From NCBI GenBank assembly GCA_965237675.1, contig OZ250150.1:5504001-5568000 (forward strand): DNA of 64,000 nucleotides. The letters are read 5' to 3'. This DNA is from Candidatus Latescibacterota bacterium (GTDB lineage Bacteria > Latescibacterota > UBA2968 > GCA-2709665). Each line of letters starts with the position of its first letter. The first letter of the stretch is position 1. Made by a program: the position numbers and the translations under genes. Below are positions 62,434-64,000 of this stretch, in pieces. The notes beneath the pieces are model-generated. The model was not told where the DNA came from. It did no database searches and was given only the letters and a program-made list of their open reading frames with translations.

Positions 62434-64000
62434 CTAAGACCCGAACGCATCCACAAACCTGAAAAAGTCTGCGAAATCCACGGTACCGCTGCCATCGAGG
62501 TCAAACTTTGCATCGGTCCCGCCGTATGCATCTGCAAAGAGGAAGAAGTCCACGAAATCGGTCTTGCCGTCGCCGTTGAAATCGGTCGAAGCGGAGGTTA
62601 CCGGCGTCGTCCCCGTCCACTGCGACGCGTTCCACAGTTCGATCCCGTTCAGACTTACCGTGGCGAGCAGGGATCCGTTGGGAGAGAACAACCCGTTTAC
62701 GCCGAAACCCCAGCTGTCCTCGAGCCGGTCGGGATGTCCGAGCCTGGCGATATTTTCCTTTGTCGCCACGTTCCACAGAAGCACCTCGCCCAACCCCGCG
62801 CCGGTGGCGAGGACCGTCCCGTCGGAGGAAAACGACGCCTCTCCGTGCCCCTGGAAGGTTGCGATCGTATCTCGTGTCGCCACGTCCCACAGCAGCATGG
62901 GTCCGTCAGTGCTCGACGCGAGAATGCTCCCATCGGGAGAAAACGCAACGTCGAGAACCCGGCCGGTATTTCCCCCCAGTGTGGCGGTATTGGTGCGCGT
63001 CGCCACGTCCCACAGCTTGACCGTTCCGTCGCGCGAGCCGGACGCGAGCGTACCATCGGATGAGAATGCAACGGAAAAGACATGGCTCGTGTGCCCGGTG
63101 AGGGTTGTGATGAGGGTTTGGTTGGTAACATCCCACAGCTTGATCGTCTTATCCCCCGAGCCCGAAGCGAGAGTGTCCCCGCTGGGCGAAAACGCCACCG
63201 AATGGACCCCCGTGGGGCCCCCCTGATGTCCCGGCAGAGTGGCGATAAGCGACTGGTTCGCCACGTTCCACAACTTGATATTGGCCTCGTTGGTTCTGGT
63301 CGATCCGGAAGCGAGGGTGGTCCCGTCTGGAGAGATTGCCACCGCAGAGCTACCCCCCCTCAAACTAGCGGTATGCGTTCGCGTCGCCATGTCCCATATC
63401 TGGATCCCCGCGGACGAATTTACAGCGAGGATCGTCCCGTCCGGCGAAAACTTCGCGCCATAGATCTCCGGCGACGTATCTCTCGTATATCTGAAAAGCG
63501 TGGCGAGGTGGTGTTCCGACGCTTCCGAAAATACAAAGTGAGTATCGCGAAGCGGTCCGGTATTCGCATTCCCCTCGGTGTCGACCGCGAGGACCGCCAC
63601 GTACTGTGCGACGGAGGCGGAGAGACTCGAAACGCCTTCCGAGGGAATGATGCCGTCGTAGTTGAATGTAGCAACAGCCTGGTTTTGACCGGAGAATACC
63701 TGGCACGATTTCACTTCTTGCGATCCCGCAGCCGGATGGGGCGATTTCGTTTTAAGGAAGAATAACACCTGGTGAAGGCCCCTGCTGCCGGAAGCTGTAA
63801 CCCTGAACTGGACGGACAAGCTCGTTGCGCCGGCTGGATATCTCAGGGAAGAGATAAGCTCGACGCTCGGCGAATTAAATTCCCCCAGGTCGTATCCATA
63901 CTGAAATCCGTGGATCGGGATTGCAGGATTGAAATAGGGATGTACCGACAGTAAGCCGGCGCTGCACGCCGATAGCCGGTTCCATCCCGGGCCATAGGAC
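62434..64000 (-). CDS. Metzincin-linker + WD40 + class-B tag protein (5' end outside window)
   Basis: The frame stays open to the window end (SYG...LSACSA..LSVHPYFN, homologous to the post-Met-turn region of its paralogs); WD40s; tail. Confidence 0.88.
   Translation of the reverse strand, partial: SYGPGWNRLSACSAGLLSVHPYFNPAIPIHGFQYGYDLGEFNSPSVELISSLRYPAGATSLSVQFRVTASGSRGLHQVLFFLKTKSPHPAAGSQEVKSCQVFSGQNQAVATFNYDGIIPSEGVSSLSASVAQYVAVLAVDTEGNANTGPLRDTHFVFSEASEHHLATLFRYTRDTSPEIYGAKFSPDGTILAVNSSAGIQIWDMATRTHTASLRGGSSAVAISPDGTTLASGSTRTNEANIKLWNVANQSLIATLPGHQGGPTGVHSVAFSPSGDTLASGSGDKTIKLWDVTNQTLITTLTGHTSHVFSVAFSSDGTLASGSRDGTVKLWDVATRTNTATLGGNTGRVLDVAFSPDGSILASSTDGPMLLWDVATRDTIATFQGHGEASFSSDGTVLATGAGLGEVLLWNVATKENIARLGHPDRLEDSWGFGVNGLFSPNGSLLATVSLNGIELWNASQWTGTTPVTSASTDFNGDGKTDFVDFFLFADAYGGTDAKFDLDGSGTVDFADFFRFVDAFGS

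Noticed and set aside
35909-64000. Integron cassette array
   Set aside because: No intI and no recognisable attC sites. The genes are large paralogs, and the intergenic DNA is explained by leaders and CTD remnants.

Overview
GC-rich bacterial chromosome segment. By inference it belongs to an FCB-group organism (Latescibacterota/Gemmatimonadota-like, possibly host- or sponge-associated), based on a PorV-like gene, a T9SS-CTD-type protein and many eukaryote-like repeat proteins. It has three zones. (1) 1-10.5 kb, defence/accessory island: an IS256 inserted in the 3' end of a type I cas3, a ~1.9 kb tandem duplication carrying an HTH-WYL regulator with a palindromic operator, two toxin-antitoxin pairs between the copies, and MITEs and REP-like repeats. 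(2) 10.5-35.8 kb, housekeeping and envelope genes: YbjQ, MBL hydrolase, ABC/FtsX, S41 protease, GT2, RmlD-like, DUF255, Trm112, a PorV-led outer-membrane cluster, eno and Nramp. (3) 35.9-64 kb, a co-oriented minus-strand array of nine large secreted mosaic proteins built from metzincin/M8 protease, WD40, LRR, FN3, YWTD, GLUG and GIWSDG repeats. All nine carry a dockerin-like double EF-hand tag of one of two classes, and one member has two tandem cohesin-like domains. The best candidate novel system is a non-cellulolytic, cellulosome-like cohesin-dockerin protease/adhesin complex. Behind several class-B tags, whose stop codons all fall at the same position, lie decayed remnants of a T9SS/FlgD-type C-terminal domain. 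No CRISPR array, tRNA or rRNA was recognised. All calls come from manual reading; no database searches were run.
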